From Octopus sinensis (taxonomy: Eukaryota): a stretch of DNA of 64,000 bases. Location of the stretch: positions 33,418,001-33,482,000 of the forward strand of contig NC_043013.1 of NCBI RefSeq assembly GCF_006345805.1, read 5' to 3'. Position numbers and translations under genes: made by a program. Under the pieces are notes generated by a model. That model saw nothing but the letters and a program-made list of their open reading frames with translations. It ran no database searches and had not been told where the DNA came from. This document shows, in pieces, positions 42,761-56,720 of the stretch; positions within the stretch are counted from its first letter, which is position 1; every line of letters starts with the position of its first letter.

Positions 42761-43010
42761 TATACATTGTGGAGGGAGTACTGAGAAGTTCTTGGCTTTG
42801 GATGGAATGAAATACAGGAGGACGAATTAATTCGGATTTTATTCAACTTATTTCCTTCTCAGATTCACACACTTGTTGCAGTGGTCCTTCATGTTGTAAA
42901 AGAAACCAGAAGTTTGGTTCCCCCAACCAGGCCTTTCGCGATACCCTTAAAGCTAGGAACTTGTCAGCACCCTTTCTCTCTCTCTCTCTCTCTTTCTGTA
43001 TATATATATA

Positions 43011-43406
43011 CTCATTTACTCATTTACTTGTTTCAGTCATTTGACTGCGGCCATGCTGGAGCACCGCCTTTAGTCGAGCAACTCGACCCCAGGACTTATT
43101 CTTTTTGTAAGCCCAGTACTTATTCTATCGGTCTCTTATGCCGAACCGCTAAGTAACGGGGACGTAAACACACCAGCATCGGTTGTCAAGCAATGCTAGG
43201 GGAACAAACACAGACACACAAACACACACATATATATATATATACGACAGGCTTCTTTCAGTTTCCGTCTACCAAATCCACTCACAAGGCATTGGTCGGC
43301 CCGGGGCTATAGTAGAAGACACTTGCCCAAGATGCCACGCAGTGGGACTGAACCGGAACCATGTGGTTGGTTAGCAAGCTACTTACCACACAGCCACTCC
43401 TGCGCC
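43011..43406 (-). mobile_element. SINE family A, full length
   Basis: Same architecture as 31156-31543; head ends at ...cagccactcctgcgcc (43406). Confidence 0.92.
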
Positions 43407-43443
43407 TATTATATATATCTCGTCCATATATATTATATACATA

Positions 43444-43494
<51 letters not shown>

Positions 43495-43843
43495 GGCGCA
43501 GGAGTGGCTGTGTGGTAAGTAGCTTGCTAACCAACCACATGTTTCCGGGTTCAGTCCCACTGCGTGGCATCTTGGGCAAGTGTTTCTACTATAGCCCCGG
43601 GCCGACCAATGCCTTGTGAGTGGATTTGGTAGACGGAAACTGAAAGAAGCCTGTCGTATATATATATATATGTGTGTGTTTGTGTGTCTTGTTTGTTCCC
43701 CTAGCATGCTTGACAACCGATGCTGTGTGTTTACGTCCCCGTTACTTAGCGGTTCAGGCATAAGAGACCGATAGAATAAGTACTGGGCTTACTGGGCTTA
43801 CTTTGATGGTATGCACTGCTCTTCACTCGAAAATAATAATATA

Positions 43844-43888
<45 letters not shown>

Positions 43889-43965
43889 ATTATATATATA
43901 TATATTCATATTTAATTCGTTTAATATATTCGTGCACAGACACGCACACGAACGGGACGCTGTCC

Positions 43966-43998
<33 letters not shown>

Positions 43999-44065
43999 GA
44001 TATATATATATATATATATATACATATATATGTATATATATATATATATATGGACGAGATATAAT

Positions 44066-44070
<5 letters not shown>
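43495..44070 (+). repeat. Inverted local duplication (SINE copy 43107-43406 joined to an inverted copy of 44101-44259 and the TA-rich spacer)
   Basis: 43495-43792 is the reverse complement of 43107-43406; 43802-43967 is the reverse complement of 44101-44259; tggacgagat (44051) is the reverse complement of atctcgtcca (43417). Confidence 0.92.
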
Positions 44071-44102
<32 letters not shown>

Positions 44103-44164
44103 GGACAGCGTCCCGTTCGTGTGCGTGTCTGTGCACGAATATATTAAACGAATTAAATATGAAT

Positions 44165-44206
<42 letters not shown>

Positions 44207-44229
44207 TATATGTATATATTATTATTTTC

Positions 44230-44693
44230 GAGTGAAAGAGCAGTGCATACCATCAAAGTGACACTGGGATACAAATATACGAAGCCCAGCATACCCATCA
44301 TGACTACCCGTCTGATAAGGGTACACCGGGCACATGCATCACAACGATATGTGCGTGACATTGTGATCTCATATCAAGATAAACAACGCATGACCTTTTT
44401 TTTGGTTGAGTAACCCTTCAAGGTTCTTGCATAAGTATTGTTTAAGGATGTTGAACGAGACACCCTTGTTTCCAAAGGGGAATTATCCAAGCCTCTGAGA
44501 ATTCCTTTCAACACACGGCTATGATTCTCCCCCACATCTTCTGCTCGTGATCAGAGATGCACATATCGGCAGCCACTAAGTGTCATGGTCAACTGGTTAT
44601 GGTCAAACATCTTACAAGCGAGTCTGTGCTATTGAGCAGAATATTTGCTGTAGCCCGTCTTTTATACGAAGACAAAACAATATACATGATAAC
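44230..44693 (-). mobile_element. Unclassified interspersed repeat (family X), truncated copy
   Basis: Colinear with 59119-59612; ends in (ATT)n. Confidence 0.8.
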
Positions 44694-44717
44694 TTATTAT
44701 TATTATTATTATTATTA

Positions 44718-44755
<38 letters not shown>

Positions 44756-45119
44756 ATTATTTTTAATACACATTTCATGCTAACATTGCGGGGGAAAATA
44801 CAAGGCCAAATTTGAAAGAATTTCATAATGCCCAAGTGTATAATTAAAGAATACTGTTGAATCTTTATCTTTCATAAAACATTTTCTTCCTTTATATTGA
44901 CACCTTTCAATTATCAGATTTTTCTTAAATTTATTTTAAATTTCGCAATTTTTTTTATTGTTCTCTATAATATATTTGTAAATTCTTAAAATAATGCAGT
45001 CTTATAATTGATTCTGGTATCAGATCTAAAACGAAATCCCTAAATTTTTATTTTATTTTAAGTTGTAAATATGATTTATTTTAGAACAAAAGAAAAGTAT
45101 TCTCTCGTAGATATGATTC

Positions 45120-45500
45120 TGTTGTTAAGAAACTTGCTTCCAATCTTCGTCACCATTGCGTGATACATTGTGCAAGGCTGTCCTACTCCAGTCTCGGGTT
45201 AACTAAAGACATGTGAGTGAATTCATTTGAGGAAAACTAAAAGAATCCCGTTGTGCGTGTATGTGTGCGTGTGTGAGTGTGCGGATGCGTGTGTGTTCTT
45301 GAGTGTGTCTGCTTATGTGTGCATCTTTGTGTTGATTTTCCTCCAATAACGCATGAGAACCAGTGTTTCATTTATTCTGTCTTCATGGTGTAGCTTTATG
45401 ACAACAGAGATCGATACAAAAAATGGTATCAAGATTTTAAAAATAAAAGTTGGGCTCATTTAGCACATGTGGTGCTCCAGCATGACCGCAGTCTAATAAC
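45120..45500 (+). mobile_element. Highly degenerate SINE family A
   Basis: aagaaacttgcttccaa...gtgagtgaattcatttgaggaaaactaaaagaatcccgttgt and later gtggtgctccagcatgaccgcagtc. Confidence 0.55.
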
Positions 45501-46540
45501 AATTTGCTTAAAACTGTAATATTCCTTTAGTTTACACAGCGTACTTATCCCTTAAAAGACTAAATAATTTTAATTGCTAATTAGTGTCTTCAGGTGAAAC
45601 ATTGTACATTATACTGGTTAGAGAGATGGCATATAATCAATAAGGGAGCATTTATGTGGGCTTCTTGCCTCGCTAGAAAATGCAGCGAGATTTCTTTTAA
45701 TTCATAACCTAACATTTTAAAATAAAAATCAGAAAAATTACTAAGGACATTTTGAATAATCTACTCTTTGATAAACATGATCTAAAAACATATAATGGCC
45801 ATGGCTAGAAAATATTTGGTACATTATTCCCCTCAGACTATTCTTACCGGAAGCAAAGCAACAGCAGCAGCCAGAGTCGCATCAATTACTTCACTCTAAT
45901 ATTCATCTAATAAAGGATAGGAATTAATTAATTCGGCTCATTGCCATATTTAATTAAACAACGTCGATTTTAGGATCAAATAGATTTGTTAATTAACAAT
46001 TTTTCCTACTGAAGTACATTGCTTCTAATTAATAAAACTGCAGCCTGTTTTTGACGACAGATATGCAACAGTACTAAAAATACCAATAACTCGAGGCTAA
46101 CAATATAAAACGAGAGAAGGACATTGGCGGACATTAGCGTAACTCAAATTATTTGATTGTAATATTTATATATTTAAAGAAGGCGAGTTAATTTGTGCTT
46201 TGCATAACTACAACTATGACTGGTATATTTAATCCGTCTAACAGTATACATCCTAGCCTAGTGGTAGGGGAGACAAACGAGAATACCCGACCGAAGCTGC
46301 CTCGATCCAACGATGGGTACGTTCTCAAACCGCTGGAAATAAATGTCAAATCAATTTCAAATCTCGTGTTGGAAAAGACGTTAATTTTTAGGTGTTTTCT
46401 ATAATAGGTGTGCACTTTCAGGATTGATCTGAAGTGAAACAACGACAACAAAAAGACAAAGAGATTGACTGCTATTTTAGGCTAGTAGTTTGACTAGTTA
46501 GAGACACCAGCCAAATCTTTCTCCAACCACTGCTTACCAT

Positions 46541-46765
46541 TTTACTCTTTTACTGGTTTCAGTCATTTGACTGCGGCCATTCTGGAGCACCGCCTTTTTA
46601 GTAGAGCAAATCGACCCCGGGACTTATTCTTTGTAAGCCTAGTACTTATTCTGTTAGTCTCTTTTGCCGAACCGCTAAGTTACGGGGACGTAAACACACC
46701 AGCATCGGTTGTCAAGCGAATTTGGGGGACAAACACAGACACACAACCATATGCACACAAATACA

Positions 46766-46811
<46 letters not shown>

Positions 46812-46816
46812 ATATA

Positions 46817-46848
<32 letters not shown>

Positions 46849-46910
46849 AACTTGCCCAAGGTGCCACGCAGTGGGACTGAACCGGAACCATGTGGTTGGT
46901 AAGCAAGCTA
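46541..46910 (-). mobile_element. SINE family A interrupted by (CATA)n/(TA)n
   Basis: Tail gtcatttgactgcggcc..ctggagcaccgcc, then after the microsatellite cttgcccaaggtgccacgcagtgggactgaaccggaaccatgtggttggtaagcaagc. Confidence 0.88.
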
Positions 46911-47813
46911 GGAGAAAGTCAAGTCATATATGGAATACCTTTACTCAAGCCTGAATAGGGACACAAAAATAGCAACAACAACCTTAATAAAACATCCCTT
47001 TGTTGTCTTTTAAAGGATTAGAGTTAGCCCAGAAAAAATCAAATCACTTCCTCCTACAATTACAAATTGCCAAAAAAACGAAGTGGATTTTACCCTTTAT
47101 TTATATTATATGTAAAATCATACAAATATTGTTATAGTTTGGGTGGATCGAACTGTTAATGAAACACTTGCATTCGTATTTCACTTCGATTTTATATCAA
47201 AACAATAACATATTTAGTTTATTAATTAGTTAATTATTATTTGCTATGTATTTAACCTCCTTTGTAAAAGAACTGATATATCATCTTATGGTGTGTAGCT
47301 TAAAATAAGGTGTATTTATTTCTATTTTTTGAAAGTTCGGCTTGCACTTGCAATCGTATTAAGCTATTACTTAATATTTCAATACGCTTAACAATTACGT
47401 TATTTTGGTTGGAAAGTTCAAAGTTTAAATTCGAACGTTTGTTGTTATCGAAAATGAATTTTAGTGTGCTTGGAAGAGAACGATACATGTTTTAGTGCAG
47501 CATTTATTACTGATAATTCCATGTGGCTCCACTGAAGCTATTAACGTATATACCAAGCTTGAGCACTTTATGCATACAAAATGATCGGATAATAGCTAAG
47601 AATTTACATATCCATATCGGGAAACGTGAGTTTAATACAAATGCGCATATATGTATAAAGATAGTTATTATTATATCCGTTAACAAATATACGCGTACAC
47701 ACAAGTGCATACGCATATATATAGATCAATATGCTGACACATAGTCAAACGTACACACCAATATGTGTGTGACTATGTATGAATGTATGTATGTATATAT
47801 GTATGTATGTATG

Positions 47814-48015
<202 letters not shown>

Positions 48016-48422
48016 TTTAAAACCGTCTGCTTATCTAGAAAAACAGATAGGCAAACAGGTGGATAGATAGATAGGGAGATAGACGGACTGACAGAAAGAC
48101 ATATAGAGAGATAGACAAATTGATAGATAGGTAGATAGATATAGATAGATACTAGACATAATATGTGCATCACATCGCAAATACTAATTCATCAAAAACA
48201 AGGCATTTATCAAGGGAAGCGCCAACAGGAAGTGCAAAATATATTAAATTAGAATTATGACAACGTCTACGTAAAAAGCAAAATGAGATTTGATGTATCT
48301 CAAATATACCACACTCCCATAGTTAAGTGCAAATTTAATGCCATGCATATAATCACATATACATATGCACGCATATTCGCATATCCACATACATACATAA
48401 ATATATTTTATATATATAATGC

Positions 48423-48486
<64 letters not shown>

Positions 48487-49139
48487 TATATATATATGTA
48501 TATATATGCATATGTATTAATGCATATATATATACGTACATAGATACATACACACTCAGATTGGCTTGTAGATGGGTAGATGGATTAAGTTTTAACCATT
48601 TACTACATACCCATAACTAGATAACTGGTTACGAAAGCCATACTATTGATATATATCAGAATACTATGCTAAGCATAACTGATGTTACGGCAGCAAATCC
48701 GATAATGCAGAACACTACTGATCTACAGTCAACTTCTGGGCAGAAAATTCTGGTTGATTATGATATCTACCATTAAAAACATATGTGTGTTACAGGAGTT
48801 AGATATATTGGTAAGGATCGTAACGAAGAGGGAGTTTGAAAATTTAAATACATGTAAGTGAAAATAGCCACGCAAGCATATTATACGATAAAGAGAAAAA
48901 TCATCACCACAACAGGTTTTTCGATTTTGTCACCAGCAGCGAAACGGTAAGGGATTAAGGTGGCACCATTCGGAGCATAGAAACTCGATGCGATCTCTTG
49001 GACACTTTAGCAACTCTAAGATTTAGCTGTTTGATTTATTCATATATATACATTTATGCGCACAAATATATAGGTGGGTACACACACAGATATACATTAA
49101 TGCATATAGATATAAACACATACATACACATTTATATAC

Positions 49140-49173
<34 letters not shown>

Positions 49174-50079
49174 TTACACACACAAACATATATATATACA
49201 TATATATTTACACCCACACACACACATGTATATATATATTAGACAGAGTGAGATAACAAAGCGAAGGCTGTGAGGAGTTTTCAGGACATTGATAAGGAAT
49301 TTAGTCTTACAGTTGTTTCTGGGATATTATGGATATCCCTTCACCAGAAACGGTGTGAGAAAGTTAAATAGAGGAAAGATTTGAGTTCGAATCATTATGG
49401 AAAAGGAGGAGATAGGGAATATATATATATATATTTAATAAATTAATAAATAAATAAAACATATTCTTATATACATACATATATGTACGTACCTACCTCT
49501 ACATGTATATATACATGCATATATGGGTACAGGACACCAAAAAAAAAAACGTTGAACACAATGAGAAACGAAAACATACACACAAAACCAAGGAAATGGA
49601 CATTTTTCTTAAACAACAAAAAAATAGAGTACAGGACATACAATACAAGGAAAATTCCCCTTCTTCAGTCGCCTTTGTTTCATCTACTCCACGTTTTCGA
49701 AGGTCACGATGGACTCTTCCGTCGCTAGGCGACGTATGAGTGTTCGGCAATTTCTTACCGAACAACCAAACAGATGATTTGTTTATAGGGATCAAATGTT
49801 TGTGTGTGTACAGATAAGCTCGCTCCCTCCATCAGATCCACATTACCTGTGCAGGTACGAAGGGTGACACATGTCAGATGAAGAAATGATCGCAGGGCAA
49901 CGTGAAATGCAGTGCTTTTCTCAAGAACACCACGCAACGCCCGGTCTGGTTTGCATCTATTTGGAAAAAGTATAGTCATGTAATGAAATATATGATATTT
50001 ATACCAGAGTCTGTTGTGTTAACCTGGCATGAAATATTTGGAAATGTATTCTGTTCGTGTGCGTTGTTACAGCACAACC

Positions 50080-50110
<31 letters not shown>

Positions 50111-50856
50111 TATACATACACAAACCTATACACAATGCTTATTCCATTAGTTAACATCTATTTCGTCATCTGTGTCACTTACATAAGCGATGTTACTTTA
50201 TCCATCGCATATATAAAAAATATACGTATGAATACGCACGCACCACACACACACACACATATATATATATTATATATATATATATATACATACATATATA
50301 TATATATGTACATATGTATATATATGTATGTCTATATATATATATGTGTGTATATATATAAATGTATATATGTATGTGTATGATATTTGTGAAGTATGCT
50401 TGTCTATCTGTATGTTTGTTCGTGCGTAAGTAATACATTTTTAATATCTCCTTCCGTCTTTCTACTTATTTTATGATGAGCACATTCATATACATCAACC
50501 TACCAACCACATGTATACACACACACAAAAACACATACATACATAAACATATATTTATATATATTTATACCTATATATATATGCATATATATATAAATAT
50601 ATATATATAGAGAGAGAGGGAGAGAGATACATACATACATACATACATACATACTACATACATACATACATACATACCTAGCGAAGTCTATATTTATGAG
50701 TATAAGATTTTATGAACTCTTTAATATCGAGATAATCACCTTGGTTTTAAAAGTAATAAGGGATCGATGACGACATCTATAGCCTCACCTATTTCCCGAG
50801 GGTGTCGATCCCCTTGAAAGGACACACACTGTTATATGGGTTTATATACTTACTTC

Positions 50857-50897
<41 letters not shown>

Positions 50898-51018
50898 GTT
50901 TGTATTTAGAACATATAAACCCGAAAATATGTTTGTGTGAATGCATTAATGTATATTCATAAATACTCCACACTCACACACATGTATACACACACACACA
51001 CACACACAGACACACACA

Positions 51019-51113
<95 letters not shown>

Positions 51114-51905
51114 AATATTGTTCAAGTCATCTCAATAAACTCGCTTGCCTCTCTCATATTAAATAGAGTAAACCCTTTCCTTCATAAAAAACATCTAAAC
51201 CTCAGAATTATGAAATACATCTCAATTTTTTCTTTCGCTATATGGCTAAGCGCAATATTTCTCTTTGCCTGTCCCTTTATCCCCATCTTGTGTTTTTCTC
51301 ATACACATTTTATTTATTTATATATTTTATTTTTTTGCAGTCCTCATTCCTTCCTAAGATTTAGCTTAGAGATCTAAATATTAAACCAACCTGCACAACA
51401 TTAATACTTCCCAATTTTATTTCAGCACATCCGTTGCTTCAATGATATTTTTTTTCACATATTTTCCTATTAGTTCGGACACGAGGGACGACGAAGCTTT
51501 TCTGTGAAATCTCTTATTGTTTTTACAATATTTCGATGAACACTGCATCTATTGCTCTAGGCAGTCTGGCATCGGAGGACCTTGTTTCCTTTCGCCCTGG
51601 TGAATATTTCATATATTTCAGAAATACACATTTGCAAGGCTACCCTTATAGCATTTGTGGACTGTGGCGGGGATATGTCAAGTCAAAAGTCTATGGATTT
51701 AGCTAGAGAGAGACGAAATGAATGGCTTGTTATATATAAATGTATTCTAGCGATATAACTCGCTTCAATACCTTATATGAGAAACCACATTTCGAAAATA
51801 ATATAATCTTTGTTTATTTCTATCAGTAGAGAGAGGTGCTTAATAAAGAGGCGCAAAGTTATTGAATGACAACGAGGATTCATTCACACACACACAAACA
51901 CACAC

Positions 51906-51936
<31 letters not shown>

Positions 51937-52318
51937 CACACACACACACACACACGCACACACACATACATATATATAATATGTGTGTGTGTGTGCATAT
52001 ATGATGTGTGCATGTATATAATATATATATTGGATTCATTTATTTGTATCTTAACGTTATAACAGTGTCGGTTATGAAAAGAAAATTCTAATAGAGTTTT
52101 ATATAGTATTCCAAACTCCTAGTTTTGCCCGCATACACGTAAATATTCGTAAGCATATTAAAGAATTTTACGTGCTTGGCAATGGATCCGATCTGAGATC
52201 AAATGTTGGGATAGATGTAAGTACATCGTAATAGAAACATGATGACCACATAAGTTACACATCCAATTATATATAAATCCGTATATGTTTGCAGTGAACA
52301 CTCCTCAGGGTCTCACTG

Positions 52319-52482
52319 TAAAGGAGTGTTTGTGCGGTAAGTAGCTTGCCTACAAACCACATGGTCCCGGGTTCAGTCCCACTGCGTGTCACCTTGGGCA
52401 CGTGTCTTCTACTATAGCCTTGGGCCGACCAAAATCTTGTGAGCGAATTTGGTAGACGGAAACTGTAAGAAACCCGTTGTAT
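52319..52482 (+). mobile_element. SINE family A, 5' half
   Basis: ggagtgtttgtgcggtaagtagcttgcc...ccgggttcagtcccactgcgtgtcaccttgggcacgtgtcttctactatagcc. Confidence 0.88.
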
Positions 52483-52508
52483 ATGTATATATATATATAT
52501 ATACATAT

Positions 52509-52835
52509 AGGGTAAAGAGTAAAGACCACTTCGGTCATGAATGACGATGTGATAGCACCTATAAAGTTCCACTCCGAGGCGCAAGTACGGGCAAAGATGT
52601 TTATGGGAAGACCAGCAGTCGCCCTTTCATACTAGACTCTCCACGGAACTGATGTTATGCAAAGGAAAAGCAAATACAACTGGGCACCAGTGACGTCGCT
52701 GCTCATTTCTACAGCTGAACAAACGGAAGCAACGTGAACTAAAGTGTCTTGCTCAACAACACAACACACAGCCCGGTCCGGGAATCGAACTCACTACCTC
52801 ATGATTTCAAGCCCGACGCTCTAACCACTGAGTCA
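52509..52835 (-). mobile_element. tRNA/CORE-like SINE with a distinct tail (family E)
   Basis: Minus head tgactcagtggttagagcgtcgggct...gagttcgattcccggacc, CORE-like ttgagcaagacactttagttcacgttgcttcc; tail differs from families C and D. Confidence 0.75.
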
Positions 52836-52836
52836 T

Positions 52837-53010
<174 letters not shown>

Positions 53011-53644
53011 TATAGATCTTCTATAACTATTACAAATAGTATCGGATTCAGTCGGATTTCAGTCCGAGTTCTAGTAGTAATAGTTATAGAACACCTATAA
53101 TGAAAGATATTCCATTCGAAACCAATCTACACTGTGTATCATGAAATTAAAAGAAGCTTCGGCTATTTCTTACCTGTCAAATATACCATAGAGACCAAGA
53201 GCCCAGATATCCCTCAATATAACATAACTCCTGATTCCGGTGACATTACTGCCATTAAATTTTTTCATCTCATTTTAAGAATTCTTAGTTGTTAGTTTCT
53301 CAACTCTATGCTTTCTGGTTTCAACTCACTCTGTGGTATCTCACAAAATTGACTTTTATTTAACGAAGACCTGAGCGTGGAATTTGGTAGATAGAACCTG
53401 GGCGATACTCCGGCACGCGGAATATTACCGGAAAGTAAACTTTTCGTCATTAGGGGCACTATTGGTGGCCGGTATGAGGGAAACAGTCACTCGTCCTACG
53501 TGAAGTCATTGAGTCCTGGGCCCTGCGCTTCATCCTCTGACTCATTCATGTGAAACGAAAGCAAAACTACATTGCAAGTAGCATCGAAGGAGAGCAAAAT
53601 TGTATTAACAAACCAAAGACCGCTTTAGTTAATTTATTGTTTTA

Positions 53645-54210
53645 TTGGGTTGTCTGGGAAGTTCGTGCCGATTTACAATAGGTTACCTTTCGACTTATTT
53701 TAGAATATGGTTAAGTCCATAAAACAGGATTTGCCTACACCTCCATTTAAAGCACAGTTTAAGCTATATTTTCGTGGAAGAATGTTTATGTTCCTATAAC
53801 CTGTGTCAATTCTGTAATCTTTTAAAATGGAAGATAAGAAAGTTCATTTACAGCACTTGATGCTTTGGGAACCAGACAAAAATTTCTGCAGCTCGGCTGG
53901 GATATGTTACCCCACCCTCCATATTCACCAGATATTGCTCCTTCGGATTTCCACTTATTCAGGTCTCTACAAAATAGTCTTAATGGTAAAAATTTCAATT
54001 CCTTGGATGACGTAAAAAGATACCTTGATGAATTCGTTGCCATGAAATCACCTCATTTCTGGGAAGAGGGTATTTTCAAGTTAAAGGAAAGATGGAAATG
54101 CATTGTACAACAAAATGGTTCATATTTGGTTGATTAAAAATGTAGTGGCAAATATTTATTGACCTTTTTCTTTCCTTTAAAAATCGGCACGAACTTTCCG
54201 GACAACACAA
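53645..54210 (+). mobile_element. Internally deleted mariner element (566 bp, both TIRs, TA TSD)
   Basis: TIRs ttgggttgtctgggaagttcgtgccgattt / aaatcggcacgaactttccggacaacacaa flanked by TA. MEDKKVHLQHLMLWE is fused to TRQKFLQLGWDMLPHPPYSPDIAPSDFHLFRSLQNSL...RWKCIVQQNGSYLVD*. Confidence 0.95.
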
Positions 54211-55379
54211 TATATATTACAAACGCTATTGCTATGATTTGAAATACGAACTCGGGAAGAGTGCTACATATGCCATGTGAAAATTATTCAACGTCTAATG
54301 TTATTACAGCCAACACATATGGCTATTATATTTTATCATTATTACACATCTTTTCTAAACAATTTCAAAAGCAGAGCAATCCGAATATAAAATATATCAT
54401 AAATTTTATTCATCTGCTTTAAATATTTACTAATATGTTAAATTTAATTGGTGTGAAAGTCTCATTTTAACCAATTCGTGATATTTCACAAGAAAATAAG
54501 TAGCTATTAACCAATGTTGCTTATCGTTTGCGTGTTGTCTTTCATTTATTTTTTGTCGTGGTGTTTAGTATCCTGACAGTTAAAAGAGTTCATTTAACTT
54601 CAAAGATGAAAAGAGAGTGAAGCAATGATAACTTTAAGCATATTGGATTACCTACCATTAAGCAAAAGATGGCAGACAAATTTTCATCCATCGCAACAGC
54701 CATTTTTACATTGATGTGTGTTTATTAATATGTAACATTCACACACTTAAACACACATGTATAAGGATATTACGAATACTAAAAGCATATTATTTTTTTG
54801 AATATTTGATCTAAAAAATAAAATAAAAACCTTTCTTTTATGCATTTCAAACTTATAATCTGGAAGAGAATCTAAGCTTACTATCAAAGTGTTAACTTGA
54901 AAAAAATAATATATTAATATAAAAAACAAACAAAAAGAATTCTCAATAGGTAATTTTAATCTGTTTTTTTTCTAAAGATGCACATCATTTTGTTCTCTCG
55001 TTAATGTTACAAGATGGAAAACAAATTAACCCAACACCCCAATAAAAAAAACTATAATACATAAGAAAAACTTACATTACGATATCTATGGATATTTTAT
55101 GGCTAACATTGAATCTCAGTTTTCTAACCTTAGTAATTGCTTTCCATTACAACCTACATATGTAAATTTATTGTTGAAATTGGTTGAAAATGTGGTGTGC
55201 AGACTCGTTCTTCATTCTTAATTTTTTATCAGTTATTTTTTCCAGATTCTCTTTAAACCAGGGTAAAATATGTGTATGTACTTTTGCCATATCCTAGTGA
55301 CACATTTCTTTCAAGTTCAATGATTTGTTGCGTCCGTCGTACGTATAAATTAGCAAACGCTCTATGATGATGATAAAGA

Positions 55380-55434
<55 letters not shown>

Positions 55435-55436
55435 GC

Positions 55437-55527
<91 letters not shown>

Positions 55528-55544
55528 AAGAAGAAGAAGAAGAA

Positions 55545-55735
55545 TTCCTTCTATCATAAGCCCGTGTGCTGAAACTTGGTGAGTGGAGGGTCCAGTTTAT
55601 ACTATCAGCCCTAGTAATTGACTGATTTATTTAATTGGGGTGGAAAGAATAAAAGGCAAAGTTGGCGGCGGGATTTGAAATCAGAATGGAAACAGGTGGA
55701 GGCATTTTCCGACGCCCTAATGATTCTGCGTCTCA
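55545..55735 (-). mobile_element. Degenerate SINE family B
   Basis: gaaagaataaaaggcaaagttggcggcgggatttgaaatcagaa...cctaatgattctgc resembles the reverse complement of the family B head and core. Confidence 0.6.
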
Positions 55736-55743
55736 CAACACGC

Positions 55744-55806
<63 letters not shown>

Positions 55807-55807
<1 letters not shown>

Positions 55808-56131
55808 GAGCACTCCGTCGGTTACGACGACGAGGGTATCAGATGATACGATCAACGGAAGAGCCTGCTCGTGAAATTGACGTGCAAGTGACTGAGCAAT
55901 CCACAGACACGCGTACTCCTAACGTAGTTCTCTGGGAGATTCAGCGTGACACAAAGTGTGACAAGGCCGGCCCTTTGAAATATAGGTAAAACTCATTTTT
56001 GCCAGTTGAGTGGACTGGAGTAATGTGAAATAAAGTGTCTTGCTCAAGGACACAACGCGTCGCCGGGTATAGAATTCACGACCTTACAATCGTGAGACGA
56101 ATGCCCTAACCACTAAGTCACGCGCCTTCAC
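55807..56131 (-). mobile_element. tRNA/CORE-like SINE (family D) inserted in (AAT)n
   Basis: Minus head gtgaaggcgcgtgacttagtggttagggcattc, CORE-like gtgtccttgagcaagacactttatttcac; 3' tail matches that of the SINE at 5281; (AAT)n on both sides. Confidence 0.88.
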
Positions 56132-56154
56132 AATAATAATAATAATAATAATAA

Positions 56155-56220
<66 letters not shown>

Positions 56221-56439
56221 ACAATAGCTATTCCAAGTTGGCAGAAAGCCAATGATCATCAAAAATGAAAAATAAAAAGGAAAAAGGAGATAGTTGCGAG
56301 GGTGACATGTTTTATTTTATCGAGTGAAATGATATCATACAGAAGTAAAGGTGCTTCCCTCAATGCTTAAAAGAGACATGAATTAGGGATAGAAAAAGAA
56401 TACTGGTCCATGAGAGGAACTGAAAGTGAAACACTGCAT

Positions 56440-56720
56440 AAGGCAGTTAAGAAATGCTATTAACGAAAATCAAAGTGAAAATATAACAAATGTAAATGAC
56501 CTCATAATCCGCACAGTCTCTGTTGCGGTCGAAATATCGTAGGGGTTAAAATTCACGCAAAAAAAGAATGAGGCAAAACCCGTGGTGGAAACAGAGAGTT
56601 GCGAAGGAAGGTGAAAAGCTCAATAACTATATAGGATGGAGAAATAGTATTACTGAAACGACGACGAAGGAAAGATTTAGGAAGAAGCTCCAAAGAAAGT
56701 ATAACACCATTGGAAGATAC
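56440..56720 (+). mobile_element. Degenerate N-terminal ORF fragment of an R4/Dong-like non-LTR element
   Basis: ENQSENITNVNDLI...NPWWKQRV...RKKLQRKYNTIG resembles the 'NIT..N.LIY...PWWK.R...L..KY.I' region upstream of the RT in RLE elements. Confidence 0.45.

Noticed and set aside
46188-46451. LDRGSFGRVF resembling a kinase glycine loop
   Set aside because: First Gly is replaced, no downstream VAIK lysine, no other kinase subdomains nearby.
49669-49733. Segment between a strong acceptor (ttccccttcttcag) and donor (gtatga)
   Set aside because: Two frames open, no recognisable product; cannot be supported without transcripts.
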